The translations under genes and the position numbers were made by a program. From Escherichia coli (GTDB lineage Bacteria > Pseudomonadota > Gammaproteobacteria > Enterobacterales > Enterobacteriaceae), in NCBI RefSeq assembly GCF_003334765.1, contig NZ_QOWT01000002.1: DNA of 64,000 nucleotides. The stretch is one strand, 5' to 3'. The notes beneath the pieces were generated by a model. It did not search any database and was not told the origin of the DNA. It saw nothing but the letters and a program-made list of their open reading frames with translations. This document shows, piece by piece, positions 10,971 through 21,665 of the stretch (the stretch's first letter is position 1; every line of letters starts with the position of its first letter).

Positions 10971-13268
10971 TTACAGCAACTCAAACTCGCCTTTCTTAAC
11001 GCGTGCGGAATCAGTGCCGATAAAGACATTGAACTTGCCAGGCTCGGCGTCATATTTCATCTGTTGATTCCAGAACTTCAGCGCCTCGATATCAATCGGG
11101 AAGCTAACGGTCTGAGTTTCGCCCGGTTTCAGGGTGATTTTCTCAAAGCCTTTCAGCTGTTTCACCGGACGACTCATGGAAGCCGTCACATCCTGCAAGT
11201 ACATCTGCACTACCGTGGCCCCTTCGCGTTTACCGGTGTTCGTCACCTGCACGCTGGCCGTCACTTTGCCGTCACGCTTCATGGTCGGCGCAGAAAGTTT
11301 CACATCAGAGACGGTGAAAGTGGTATAGCTCAGACCATAGCCGAACGGATAAAGCGCCCCGTTAGCTTCATCAAAATAACGCGAAGTGTATTTGTTCGGC
11401 TTGTCGGCATTATACGGACGACCGGTGTTCAGATGGCTGTAGTACACCGGGATCTGCCCGACAGAACGCGGGAAGGACATCGGCAGCTTGCCGGACGGGT
11501 TGTAATCGCCAAACAACACATCGGCAATTGCATTACCGCCTTCAGTCCCCGCAAACCAGGTTTCCAGAATCGCATCAGCCTGCTGATCTTCTTTCACCAG
11601 CGCCAGCGGACGCCCGTTCATCAGCACCAGCACCAGCGGTTTACCGGTGGCTTTCAGCGCCGCAATCAAGTCACGTTGGCTTTGCGGAATAGTAATATCG
11701 GTACGGCTGGAGGCCTCGTGCGCCATCCCCTGTGCTTCACCGACTACAGCCACCACCACATCAGATTGTTTCGCCGTCTGCACCGCTTCATCAATCATCT
11801 CTTGCGGCGAACGCGGATCGACTTTGACCGCTTCTTCATACTGATTCAGGAAATCGATAATGCCTTTGTCACTGGTAACGTTCGCCCCTTTGGCATACAG
11901 CACTTTACCGTTTTCACCGACGGCATTTTTAATCCCGGTCAGCACGGTCACGGATTGATCTGCAACACCTGCCGCCGACCAGCTTCCCATCACGTCACGC
12001 TTGCTGTCTGCCAGCGGGCCAACCACCGCAATGGTTGCGGATTTTTTCAGCGGTAACGTTTCGAGACGGTTTTTCAGCAACACCAGGCTTTCACGCGCCA
12101 CTTCACGCGCTTCTTTGCGGTGCAGGCGGCTTTCGGCATTGGTATCCACCGGGTCAGACTCTTTCGGACCGAGATGGCTGTATGGGTCGTTAAACAACCC
12201 CATATCATATTTAACGTTCAGTACATGGCGGGCAGCATCGTCCAGCTCTGCCATCGTCACTTTACCGGATTTAATCAACCCAGGCAGATACTTCGAGTAG
12301 TACTCGTCGCTCATACTCATGTTGATTCCGGATTTCAGCGCCACGCGCACCGCATCTTCCGGGTCTGCCGCCGTGCCATGTTTAATCAGCTCTTTGATTG
12401 CACCGTGATCGGAAACGGTGATGCCTTTAAAGCCCCACTGGTCGCGCAGAACATCTTTCAGCAGCCAGGAATCGGAGGTGGCTGGCGTGCCGTTCAGCGA
12501 GTTCAGCGCCACCATCACCGCGCCGCTGCCTGCGTCCAGCCCCGCTTTGTACGGCGGCATATAATCATTAAACAGGCGCTGCGGACTCATATCGACGGTG
12601 TTGTACTCTTTACCGCCTTCTACCGCACCGTATGCGGCAAAGTGTTTGACGCTGGTCATCACCGAGTAGCGATCTGCCGGGCTTTTACCCTGCATCGCTT
12701 CCACCATGGTTTTACCCATTATTGAGGTGAGATACGTATCTTCGCCAAAACCTTCGGAAGCACGTCCCCAGCGCGGATCGCGCGAGACATCGACCATCGG
12801 TGCCCAGGTCATATTCAGGCCATCATCTGCCGCTTCATAAGCAGAGACACGTCCGACCGTTTTCACTGCATCGAGGTTAAAAGACGAGGCCAGACCGAGG
12901 CTAATCGGGAACACCGTGCGCTGACCGTGCAGCACGTCGTAAGCAAAGAAAAGAGGAATTTTCAGGCGGCTTAATTCCATCACCTGATCCTGCATGGCGC
13001 GGATATCCTGACGGGTTACGGTGTTGAAAATCGCCCCAACCTGACCGTCTTTGATCATCTCGCGGATCGCCTCTTTCGGGTTATCCGGGCCGACGCTGAT
13101 TAAGCGCAGCTGACCAATTTTCTCATCAACTGTCATTTTCTTAAGCAGTTCGGTGACGAACGCATCCCGCGCTTCGGGCGTTAATGGATGGTTGCCGAAT
13201 AAATCATCCGCCAGTGCTGGCTGCAGGGCCAGACTCACCGCGATTCCTACTGAACATAGCCATTTCAT
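10971..13268 (-). CDS. bglX: Periplasmic beta-glucosidase BglX (GH3)
   Basis: GH3 family sequence; start at MKWLCSVG signal peptide, not the longest ORF. Confidence 0.9.
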   Translation of the reverse strand: MKWLCSVGIAVSLALQPALADDLFGNHPLTPEARDAFVTELLKKMTVDEKIGQLRLISVGPDNPKEAIREMIKDGQVGAIFNTVTRQDIRAMQDQVMELSRLKIPLFFAYDVLHGQRTVFPISLGLASSFNLDAVKTVGRVSAYEAADDGLNMTWAPMVDVSRDPRWGRASEGFGEDTYLTSIMGKTMVEAMQGKSPADRYSVMTSVKHFAAYGAVEGGKEYNTVDMSPQRLFNDYMPPYKAGLDAGSGAVMVALNSLNGTPATSDSWLLKDVLRDQWGFKGITVSDHGAIKELIKHGTAADPEDAVRVALKSGINMSMSDEYYSKYLPGLIKSGKVTMAELDDAARHVLNVKYDMGLFNDPYSHLGPKESDPVDTNAESRLHRKEAREVARESLVLLKNRLETLPLKKSATIAVVGPLADSKRDVMGSWSAAGVADQSVTVLTGIKNAVGENGKVLYAKGANVTSDKGIIDFLNQYEEAVKVDPRSPQEMIDEAVQTAKQSDVVVAVVGEAQGMAHEASSRTDITIPQSQRDLIAALKATGKPLVLVLMNGRPLALVKEDQQADAILETWFAGTEGGNAIADVLFGDYNPSGKLPMSFPRSVGQIPVYYSHLNTGRPYNADKPNKYTSRYFDEANGALYPFGYGLSYTTFTVSDVKLSAPTMKRDGKVTASVQVTNTGKREGATVVQMYLQDVTASMSRPVKQLKGFEKITLKPGETQTVSFPIDIEALKFWNQQMKYDAEPGKFNVFIGTDSARVKKGEFELL

Positions 13269-13463
13269 ATGGATTTTTCTTCCTTTGTTGCCCGACGTGG
13301 CAGCGAAAATGGTGCAAAAACCGTAGTTTGCCATAAGCATGATGGAGAGAGAAAAAGAATGCTCAGTTTATTGTCTGAATTTTCAAAATATTCACTCGCT
13401 GAATTGTTATACAAGGCGCTATTCTAGTTTGTGATATTTTTTCGCCACCACAAGGAGTGGAAA

Positions 13464-15179
13464 ATGTCTTCCATGACAACAACTGATAATAAAGCCTTTT
13501 TGAATGAACTTGCTCGTCTGGTGGGTTCTTCACACCTGCTCACCGATCCCGCAAAAACGGCCCGCTATCGCAAGGGCTTCCGTTCTGGTCAGGGCGACGC
13601 GCTGGCTGTAGTTTTCCCTGGCTCACTACTGGAATTGTGGCGGGTGCTGAAAGCCTGCGTCACCGCCGACAAAATTATTCTGATGCAGGCCGCCAATACA
13701 GGCCTGACCGAAGGATCGACGCCAAACGGTAACGATTATGATCGCGATGTCGTTATCATCAGCACCCTGCGTCTCGACAAGCTGCACGTTCTTGGCAAGG
13801 GCGAACAGGTGCTGGCCTATCCGGGCACCACGCTCTATTCGCTGGAAAAAGCCCTCAAACCGCTGGGACGCGAACCGCACTCAGTGATTGGATCATCGTG
13901 TATAGGCGCATCGGTCATCGGCGGTATTTGTAACAACTCCGGCGGCTCGCTGGTGCAACGTGGCCCGGCGTATACCGAAATGTCGTTATTCGCGCGTATA
14001 AATGAAGACGGCAAACTGACGCTGGTGAACCATCTGGGGATTGATCTGGGCGAAACGCCGGAGCAGATCCTTAGCAAGCTGGATGATGATCGCATCAAAG
14101 ATGACGATGTGCGTCACGATGGTCGTCACGCCCACGATTATGACTATGTCCACCGCGTTCGTGATATTGAAGCCGACACGCCCGCACGTTATAACGCCGA
14201 TCCTGATCGGTTATTTGAATCTTCTGGTTGCGCCGGGAAGCTGGCGGTCTTTGCAGTACGTCTTGATACCTTCGAAGCGGAAAAAAATCAGCAGGTGTTT
14301 TATATCGGCACCAACCAGCCGGAAGTGCTGACCGAAATCCGCCGTCATATTCTGGCTAACTTCGAAAATCTGCCGGTTGCCGGGGAATATATGCACCGGG
14401 ATATCTACGATATTGCGGAAAAATACGGCAAAGACACCTTCCTGATGATTGATAAGTTAGGCACCGACAAGATGCCGTTCTTCTTTAATCTCAAGGGACG
14501 CACCGATGCGATGCTGGAGAAAGTGAAATTCTTCCGTCCGCATTTTACTGACCGTGCGATGCAAAAATTCGGTCACCTGTTCCCCAGCCATTTACCGCCG
14601 CGCATGAAAAACTGGCGCGATAAATACGAGCATCATCTGCTGTTAAAAATGGCGGGCGATGGCGTGGGCGAAGCCAAATCGTGGCTGGTGGATTATTTCA
14701 AACAGGCCGAAGGCGATTTCTTTGTCTGTACGCCGGAGGAAGGCAGCAAAGCGTTTTTACACCGTTTCGCCGCTGCGGGCGCAGCAATTCGTTATCAGGC
14801 GGTGCATTCCGATGAAGTCGAAGACATTCTGGCGTTGGATATCGCTCTGCGGCGTAACGACACCGAGTGGTATGAGCATTTACCGCCGGAGATCGACAGC
14901 CAGCTGGTGCACAAGCTCTATTACGGCCATTTTATGTGCTATGTCTTCCATCAGGATTACATAGTGAAAAAAGGCGTGGATGTGCATGCGTTAAAAGAAC
15001 AGATGCTGGAACTGCTACAGCAGCGCGGCGCGCAGTACCCTGCCGAGCATAACGTCGGTCATTTGTATAAAGCACCGGAGACGTTGCAGAAGTTCTATCG
15101 CGAGAACGATCCGACCAACAGCATGAATCCGGGGATCGGTAAAACCAGTAAACGGAAAAACTGGCAGGAAGTGGAGTAA
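13464..15179 (+). CDS. dld: FAD-dependent D-lactate dehydrogenase Dld
   Basis: Recognised sequence; start at MSSMTTTDNK with GGAG upstream. Confidence 0.9.
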   Translation: MSSMTTTDNKAFLNELARLVGSSHLLTDPAKTARYRKGFRSGQGDALAVVFPGSLLELWRVLKACVTADKIILMQAANTGLTEGSTPNGNDYDRDVVIISTLRLDKLHVLGKGEQVLAYPGTTLYSLEKALKPLGREPHSVIGSSCIGASVIGGICNNSGGSLVQRGPAYTEMSLFARINEDGKLTLVNHLGIDLGETPEQILSKLDDDRIKDDDVRHDGRHAHDYDYVHRVRDIEADTPARYNADPDRLFESSGCAGKLAVFAVRLDTFEAEKNQQVFYIGTNQPEVLTEIRRHILANFENLPVAGEYMHRDIYDIAEKYGKDTFLMIDKLGTDKMPFFFNLKGRTDAMLEKVKFFRPHFTDRAMQKFGHLFPSHLPPRMKNWRDKYEHHLLLKMAGDGVGEAKSWLVDYFKQAEGDFFVCTPEEGSKAFLHRFAAAGAAIRYQAVHSDEVEDILALDIALRRNDTEWYEHLPPEIDSQLVHKLYYGHFMCYVFHQDYIVKKGVDVHALKEQMLELLQQRGAQYPAEHNVGHLYKAPETLQKFYRENDPTNSMNPGIGKTSKRKNWQEVE

Positions 15180-15185
15180 AAATTA

Positions 15186-15209
15186 CGGATGGCAGAGTAT
15201 CGCCATCCG
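15186..15209. terminator. Hairpin between convergent dld and pbpG
   Basis: CGGATGGC / GCCATCCG stem; T-run on the minus-strand side. Confidence 0.55.
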
Positions 15210-15216
15210 AATTCAC

Positions 15217-16149
15217 TTAATCGTTCTGTGCCGTCTGCCCCGCCGCCGCCATTTGGGCGGCTTTTTGTTTTTTATAGCTCAACGCTGCTGCCGGCACAGG
15301 CATCACTTTACCGGTTTCAATCCAGGTACGCAGGCGGCTGGCATCGGCAAAATGGGTATATTTGCCAAACGCGTCCATCACTACCAGCGCCACCGGTTTA
15401 TTATTGATAACCGTACGCATCACCAGACAATGGCCCGCCGCATTGGTAAAGCCGGTTTTGGTTAACTGAATATTCCAGTTATCGCGATACACCAGATGAT
15501 TAGTATTGCGGAACGGCAGCGTATACGTCGGATTAGAGAAGGTTGCCATATCTTCCCGGGTAGTACTTAACTGCCCGATCAACGGATATTGTTTGCTGGC
15601 AATGAGCAGTTTGGTTAAGTCACGGGCAGTTGAAACGTTATGCACCGACAATCCGGTAGGTTCAACAAAGCGCGTGTTGTTCATTCCGAGCGATTTCGCT
15701 TTCGCATTCATTGCCTTAATAAAGGCTTTGTAACCACCGGGATAATGGTGCGCAAGGCTTGCCGCCGCGCGGTTTTCTGAAGACATCAGCGCCAGCAACA
15801 GCATATCTTTACGGCTGATTTCGCTATTCAGTCGTACGCGCGAATAGACCCCTTTCATCTCCGGCGTCTGGCTGATATCCACTTTTAGTTTTTCATCCAG
15901 CGGCAGTCGTGCATCCAGCACAACCATCGCGGTCATTAATTTGCTGATAGACGCAATCGGACGCACCAGATCCGGGTGGTTCGAATAGATCACTTTGTTG
16001 GTATTCAGATCAACAATCATCGCGCTACCGGAGGCAATTTCCGGTTGTGAAGCGGTGGTAGCGGCTGCCGTTTTCGCAACGGCCTGCGGTGCAAAAGGCA
16101 CAGCCAGCATCAGGGCCAGGCTAAATAAAGAAACTCGAAATTTCGGCAT
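15217..16149 (-). CDS. pbpG: D-alanyl-D-alanine endopeptidase PBP7
   Basis: Signal peptide, SxxK motif (SISK); start at MPKFRVS. Confidence 0.9.
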
Positions 16150-16322
16150 GATGAGCATTCAGATAGTGGTTCACGCGCACGGGTTGCGCACCGCCGGAGT
16201 AAGGATTTACTGAGGCTAGCGACGCCATCATAACGAGCAAAAAGTGCGATCGTCAAAGGAGAATCGTGAGGAAATGCTGCATTGCTGACATTTACGCCAG
16301 CAATGCAACGTCAAAGAACTTT

Positions 16323-16910
16323 CTAGAACAAACGATAACCGTAGCCCCATAGTATAACGGTTAGGGCGAGCAGCACTTCCAGTACCAGCACGCCAATCGC
16401 CAGCGTCGAACTAGAGAAGCTAAGGCCTTCCTCTTTGTTGATATTCAGGAAGCTCGGAATACCAAGGTAAAGCAGGTAGCCGGTGTAAAACAGCGCCACC
16501 GTGCCGACCAGCGCACACAACCAGACCAGTGGATAAAGCGCCACCAGACCGCTTAAAAACAGCGGAGTTGCAACGTAGCCCGCGAAGACCATGCAGTGCG
16601 CAAGTGACGGACGCTGCGGATAATTACGCGCCATCCACCAGATGACCCGCCCCATCACCGCGACCCCAGCCAGCATAACGCCGTAAAACAAGACAGCCAG
16701 CGCCAGTCCGGTAAACCAGGATAACTTCAGGATAGTGCCATCGCCAAAATTCCAGCCAATCTGTGTAGTGCCAATGAAGGCGCAAATCACCGGAATCGCC
16801 GCCATCAGCAAAACGTGGTGGGTGTAATGGTGAGAAATCGTTTCGTTTTCGCGATTAATCACCTGCATTTCACGATCGGGATGGGAAAACAGTCCCCAGA
16901 CATGGCTCAT
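16323..16910 (-). CDS. yohC: Yip1-family inner membrane protein YohC
   Basis: Polytopic membrane ORF; start at MSHVWGL. Confidence 0.8.
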   Translation of the reverse strand: MSHVWGLFSHPDREMQVINRENETISHHYTHHVLLMAAIPVICAFIGTTQIGWNFGDGTILKLSWFTGLALAVLFYGVMLAGVAVMGRVIWWMARNYPQRPSLAHCMVFAGYVATPLFLSGLVALYPLVWLCALVGTVALFYTGYLLYLGIPSFLNINKEEGLSFSSSTLAIGVLVLEVLLALTVILWGYGYRLF

Positions 16911-17079
16911 ACCGCCCCCTTGTTGTGAGTTCATGAACCTGACAGTTCAAGTATAAGTCAGCTTGTGATTATTTTTTGTTCGCCCATGTAATTTTCACTG
17001 TCTGATGAACGTCCTTTTTCAGCGTGAATGATTCACAGGGTGTATGCTTACTGGCAACCAAAGGGAGACAGACTGGCCT

Positions 17080-17658
17080 ATGGATCTCAATACACTTATC
17101 TCACAATATGGTTATGCCGCGCTGGTGATCGGTAGCCTGGCGGAAGGTGAAACCGTGACTTTGCTGGGAGGCGTTGCGGCGCATCAGGGGCTATTAAAGT
17201 TCCCGCTGGTGGTACTTTCTGTGGCGCTTGGCGGCATGATTGGCGACCAGGTGCTCTATCTGTGCGGGCGGCGGTTTGGCGGCAAGCTGTTACGCCGTTT
17301 CTCGAAACATCAGGATAAAATTGAGCGGGCGCAGAAACTTATCCAACGCCATCCGTATCTGTTTGTCATTGGTACGCGCTTTATGTATGGCTTTCGGGTG
17401 ATTGGCCCGACGCTGATTGGTGCCAGCCAGCTGCCGCCGAAAATCTTTCTGCCGCTGAATATTCTCGGCGCATTTGCCTGGGCGTTGATTTTTACCACTA
17501 TTGGTTACGCTGGTGGTCAGGTGATTGCGCCGTGGTTGCACAATCTCGACCAGCATTTGAAGCACTGGGTCTGGTTGATTCTGGTCGTGGTTCTGGTGGT
17601 GGGCGTGCGCTGGTGGCTGAAACGACGCGGGAAGAAAAAGCCGGATCATCAGGCGTAA
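17080..17658 (+). CDS. yohD: DedA-family inner membrane protein YohD
   Basis: DedA-like ORF; start at MDLNTLISQYGY. Confidence 0.85.
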   Translation: MDLNTLISQYGYAALVIGSLAEGETVTLLGGVAAHQGLLKFPLVVLSVALGGMIGDQVLYLCGRRFGGKLLRRFSKHQDKIERAQKLIQRHPYLFVIGTRFMYGFRVIGPTLIGASQLPPKIFLPLNILGAFAWALIFTTIGYAGGQVIAPWLHNLDQHLKHWVWLILVVVLVVGVRWWLKRRGKKKPDHQA

Positions 17659-17664
17659 AACCAT

Positions 17665-17702
17665 TGCCCTGGATAAGGCGTTCGCGCCGCATCCGACATC
17701 CG
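17665..17702. repeat. REP-like element
   Basis: GGATAAGGCGTTCGCGCCGCATCCG after yohD. Confidence 0.7.
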
Positions 17703-17787
17703 GAGTACCATGCCTGATACGACGCTTGTGCGTCTTTTCATGCCGACCAAAATATTACCCAATGAAATATCCACGCACCTCACTGCG

Positions 17788-18549
17788 CTATTCTGGGTTG
17801 AACTGTGGATTCGCCAACATAAAGCCGCCATCCACTATCAACGACTGCCCGGTGGTGTAATTTGCGCCCTCCGAACAAAGCCACACCACCAGGCTGGCAA
17901 TCTCATGCGTTGCGCCAAAACGCCGCAAGGGAATCGAAGGCTCCGCGTCGGGCTTCACGTCGCTGTCATCCATGCCATTCATTGGCGTGGCGATCGCCCC
18001 AGGCGCGACTGCGTTCACCAAAATCTTATGCCTGACCAGCTCCAGCGCCATCGCTTTGGTTAACCCACCGAGCGCATGTTTAGCGGCTGTGTAGGCGCTG
18101 GCATCCGGCAGCGGCGTATGTTCATGTACCGACGTAATGTTGATGATGCGACCGCCCTGCCCTTGTTTCACCATCTGACGAGCCGCAATTTGCGAGCATA
18201 AGAATGCACCATCGACATCAACGGTAAAAATCTTGCGCCACTCATCAAAAGCCATATCAAGAAACGGCGCTTTGGTCATTGCACCCGCATTATTCACCAG
18301 CACATCAATGCGCCCCAGCCGTTGAATGAGTTTCTCCAGCGCCAGTGCCCCTTCTGGTAGATTGCCGAGATCCAGCTGCACGATCTCCGCACGTACGCCG
18401 TGGCTAACTACCTCACGCGCGGTATCTTTTGCCCCTTCTTCATCTGAGTGCCAGGTAATACCAATATCAAACCCCTGCTGCGCCAGTAATAACGCGCACT
18501 CTTTGCCGATCCCCGAATCGGAGGCGGTAATAATCGCAACCTGTGCCAT
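17788..18549 (-). CDS. yohF: Short-chain dehydrogenase/reductase YohF
   Basis: TASDSGIGK NAD(P)-binding motif; start at MAQVAII. Confidence 0.85.
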   Translation of the reverse strand: MAQVAIITASDSGIGKECALLLAQQGFDIGITWHSDEEGAKDTAREVVSHGVRAEIVQLDLGNLPEGALALEKLIQRLGRIDVLVNNAGAMTKAPFLDMAFDEWRKIFTVDVDGAFLCSQIAARQMVKQGQGGRIINITSVHEHTPLPDASAYTAAKHALGGLTKAMALELVRHKILVNAVAPGAIATPMNGMDDSDVKPDAEPSIPLRRFGATHEIASLVVWLCSEGANYTTGQSLIVDGGFMLANPQFNPE

Positions 18550-18601
18550 CGAGTTCTCCACTTAACGCTGAATAAACGTTAAGTATAGAAGGCGCATATC
18601 A

Positions 18602-20038
18602 TCAGCGTTTGTAACCCCCGCCCAACGCACCAGTGAGTTGAATGGAGGCATCCAGCCACTGCCCTTGCAATAACAGGCCATTGGCCCGCTCACGCAGCGC
18701 GGGGATTCTGGCTTCGCTGACGCGGGAACCAGCAATGATGCCCGCGTTAAAGCGCGCCTGCGCAAGACCTACCACACGCAAGGCATCGCGCTCAATTTGC
18801 GCCTGATGCTGGTTTTTCTCCGCCAGTGTCTGAACCTGACTGGCTGCCCGCGCCACGTCATTCACCGCTTCAACCACCGCTTTGTTGTAGCTGGCGATAG
18901 ACAAGTTGCTTTCGGCTTTTGCGATATCGAGATTGGCGTTAAGACGACCACTATCGAAAATGGGTAGCGTCAGGCCTGCCGTAACGCCCATTTGCTGCGC
19001 GGAATGACGGAACAGATCGCTTAAGTGCAACGCATCCTGTTGCAGGAAGGCCATCAGGTTGATGTCAGGATAAAATGCCGCTTTTGCCGCATCAATGGTG
19101 CTTAGCGATGACTCAACGTACCAGTGCGCCGCCTGCAAATCTGCCCGCCGGGCCAGTAAGGAGTACCCCAGTTCATCAGGAAGCTGGCTTGCCACTTTCG
19201 GCAACGCGACCGGTTTAAGCTTCAATGACTTTGTCTGGTTATTTGTAAGTGCGCTTAACCGTGCCTCAATAATTTTCATTTTCCCCGCGACATCGTTGAG
19301 CTGCTGCCGGGTTTTGCTGGCATTAATATCGGTTTCCACACCTTCAACTGAAGAAGTAATCCCGTTCTGATATAGCTGGCGATCGGTCGCGATAATGGTG
19401 TTCTGCTCTTTTTCTATTTGCTGCAAGACCGTGTTTAACGCCGCCTGGGTTTGCCACTCCCAGTACAGGCGGGCTACGCTGCCAGCCAGCAATTGGCGGG
19501 TTTGCTCGCGTTCCGCCGCCCGTGCTTTAACCGTACCCAGGCGGGCAGTAACCTCCGCCCGATTCTTTCCCCAGATATCGAGATGCCAGCCCGCCGTTAA
19601 GCCAAAAGTACCGTTGGTGTACCACGGGCCGGTCGTACCTGCGGCCGGATCGTTCAGAGCAAACGGCCCCATTAAGCCTTCTGCCGACATTTTTTGCCGC
19701 TCCATATCCGCCGAAAAGTCGATCTGCGGACCATCCTGAGTGGCAACTGCCTTCGCCTGGGCTTCAGCTAGCTGAATGCGCTGTTCAGCCACCTGCATAT
19801 CCGGTGCGTTCTGTAGTGCATTGTTAATTAAGGAAGTGAGTTGATTATCGTGATACTCCAGCCACCATTGGCTGTCTGGCCAACCATTTTTCAGCGCCGT
19901 GGGTAATGCGGTGTCAACTTGTGCAGCGGGCGTTTGCTGGCTTAACGCCTGGCGGGTTTCATGCATAGGCGCACACCCGGCCAGCATCAGTAACAGCGGA
20001 AAACAGGCGATGGCTGGATAAAAGGAATCACGATTCAT
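18602..20038 (-). CDS. mdtQ: Outer membrane efflux lipoprotein MdtQ (OMF family), apparently intact here
   Basis: Continuous ORF with signal peptide and lipobox LLMLAGC; start at MNRDSFYP. Confidence 0.8.
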   Translation of the reverse strand: MNRDSFYPAIACFPLLLMLAGCAPMHETRQALSQQTPAAQVDTALPTALKNGWPDSQWWLEYHDNQLTSLINNALQNAPDMQVAEQRIQLAEAQAKAVATQDGPQIDFSADMERQKMSAEGLMGPFALNDPAAGTTGPWYTNGTFGLTAGWHLDIWGKNRAEVTARLGTVKARAAEREQTRQLLAGSVARLYWEWQTQAALNTVLQQIEKEQNTIIATDRQLYQNGITSSVEGVETDINASKTRQQLNDVAGKMKIIEARLSALTNNQTKSLKLKPVALPKVASQLPDELGYSLLARRADLQAAHWYVESSLSTIDAAKAAFYPDINLMAFLQQDALHLSDLFRHSAQQMGVTAGLTLPIFDSGRLNANLDIAKAESNLSIASYNKAVVEAVNDVARAASQVQTLAEKNQHQAQIERDALRVVGLAQARFNAGIIAGSRVSEARIPALRERANGLLLQGQWLDASIQLTGALGGGYKR

Positions 20039-20261
20039 GGGGGAATAATCAGGTAAGAAAAGGTGCGCGGAGATTACCGTGTGTTGCGATATATTTTTTA
20101 GTTTCGCGTGGCAATACATCAGTGGCAATAAAACGACATATCCAGAAAAATATACACTAAGTGAATGATATCTTCCGATTTATCTTAATCGTTTATGGAT
20201 AACGGCAAAGGGCTTCGTTTTTTCCTATACTTATTCAGCACTCACAAATAAAGGAACGCCA

Positions 20262-20345
20262 ATGAAAATTATACTCTGGGCTGTATTGATTATTTTCCTG
20301 ATTGGGCTACTGGTGGTGACTGGCGTATTTAAGATGATATTTTAA
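20262..20345 (+). CDS. yohP: Small membrane protein YohP (27 aa)
   Basis: Not in ORF track; read by eye. AAGGA upstream of ATG; single hydrophobic helix. Confidence 0.65.
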   Translation: MKIILWAVLIIFLIGLLVVTGVFKMIF

Positions 20346-20439
20346 AATTAATTAATGTCATCAGGTCCGAAAATAACGAGAATATTTCAGTCTCTCATCC
20401 TGTTGCGCTCCTGTCATGTGCATTGCTTCATATAATCAC

Positions 20440-20640
20440 TGGCGCAAGGAGCGCGCAGGGGGCGGCCAATCGCCGCCGCCCCCTGCACCCCCGGGCTCTG
20501 GCGAACAAAATCGCCGCTGCGCGGTGCCCTCGACTTATCCCTTACGGCTACCGGGTCGGGCGCGAGGTAACATCCCTGTAAAACGCGCCCTCAGCCCACA
20601 TCCATGTGGGCTGCCCCGGCCTTCAGGGAACGCCTCGGCA
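20440..20640. repeat. GC-rich structured intergenic element with strong hairpins; not a canonical REP
   Basis: 12-bp GC stem near 20455-20486 and palindrome near 20593-20614, in AT-rich flanks between yohP and dusC. Confidence 0.45.
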
Positions 20641-20717
20641 ATTTTGACGCCACCAAACAACCGTGCGGCCTATTGATAAAGAGCTAACACATTGTCAAAA
20701 AACATCACTATGGTTTT

Positions 20718-21665
20718 TTAGAGTTTCTCGATATCAATTGCCTGAATAGCCCTTGCAATATCAGGGGAATTATTCAACACCCGAACATGCTGAAATAATT
20801 CCGTTGCTTCATCGTATTCTTTACGCAAATAACTCAACCACTGTTTAATCCGCGCAACGTGATATAACCCGGTATCGCCCTGCTTTTCCAGACGGGTATA
20901 TTTTTGCAGCAAAGCAACCACCTCCGGCCACGGCATTCGCGGTTCGTTATATTTTACCACCCGGCTCAGGTTGGGAATATTGAGCGCCCCGCGACCAATC
21001 ATCACTGCGTCGCAGCCGCTGATCGCCATGCATTGTTGCGCGCTCTGCCAGTCCCAGATTTCACCGTTGGCAATCACCGGAATATTCAGCCGCTGGCGAA
21101 TATCGCCAATCGCCTGCCAGTCAATATGCTCCGCGCGGTAACCCTGCTCTTTCGTCCGCCCATGCACCACCAGCTCCGTAGCGCCAGCCTGTTGAACCGC
21201 ATCGGCGATTTCAAATTTCTTCTCACCGCTGTCCCAGCCCAGACGCACTTTCACGCTGACGGGCAAATGCGCCGGTACAGCTTCACGCATCGCTTTTGCA
21301 CCCTGGTAGATGAGTTCAGGATCTTTGAGTAACGTCGCCCCGCCGCCGCTACCGTTAACCGTTTTCGACGGGCAGCCGCAATTGAGATCCACGCCCCAGG
21401 AACCTAACTCCACCGCACGGGCGGCGTTCTCTGCCAGCCATTGTGGGAACTGACCTAACAACTGCACGCGCACCAGCGTACCAGATGGTGTCCGGCTGGC
21501 GTTTTGTAGCTCAGGGCAAATGCGATGAAAGACTTTTACCGGCAGCAGTTGATCCACCACGCGGACAAACTCGGTGATGCACAGATCGTAGTCGTTAACT
21601 TCGGTCAGCAATTCACGCACCAGAGAGTCAAGCACTCCCTCCATCGGTGCCAGTAACACACGCAT
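20718..21665 (-). CDS. dusC: tRNA-dihydrouridine synthase C
   Basis: Dus-family TIM-barrel sequence; start at [11 protein letters not shown]. Confidence 0.9.

Noticed and set aside
11064-12056. 330-aa plus-strand ORF antisense to bglX, and similar long antisense ORFs at 36547-37398, 26548-27288, 52004-52714, 56466-57098, 7370-8074, 41237-41839 and 12120-12725
   Set aside because: Each lies entirely inside a well-supported gene on the opposite strand, has Arg/His/Gln-rich low-complexity composition typical of shadow frames, and lacks a ribosome-binding site.
13431-13463. Longest-ORF N-terminal extensions from the track (dld, bglX, dusC, yohC, yohD, mdtQ, lpxT, yeiP, yeiW)
   Set aside because: Internal ATGs with better Shine-Dalgarno spacing or signal-peptide placement match the recognised protein N-termini; the track also counts GTG/TTG as starts.
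20416-20676. 86-aa ORF spanning the GC-rich intergenic element
   Set aside because: Pro/Arg/Gly-rich translation, no Shine-Dalgarno, and it sits on strong palindromes; more likely a repeat or structured RNA than a gene.
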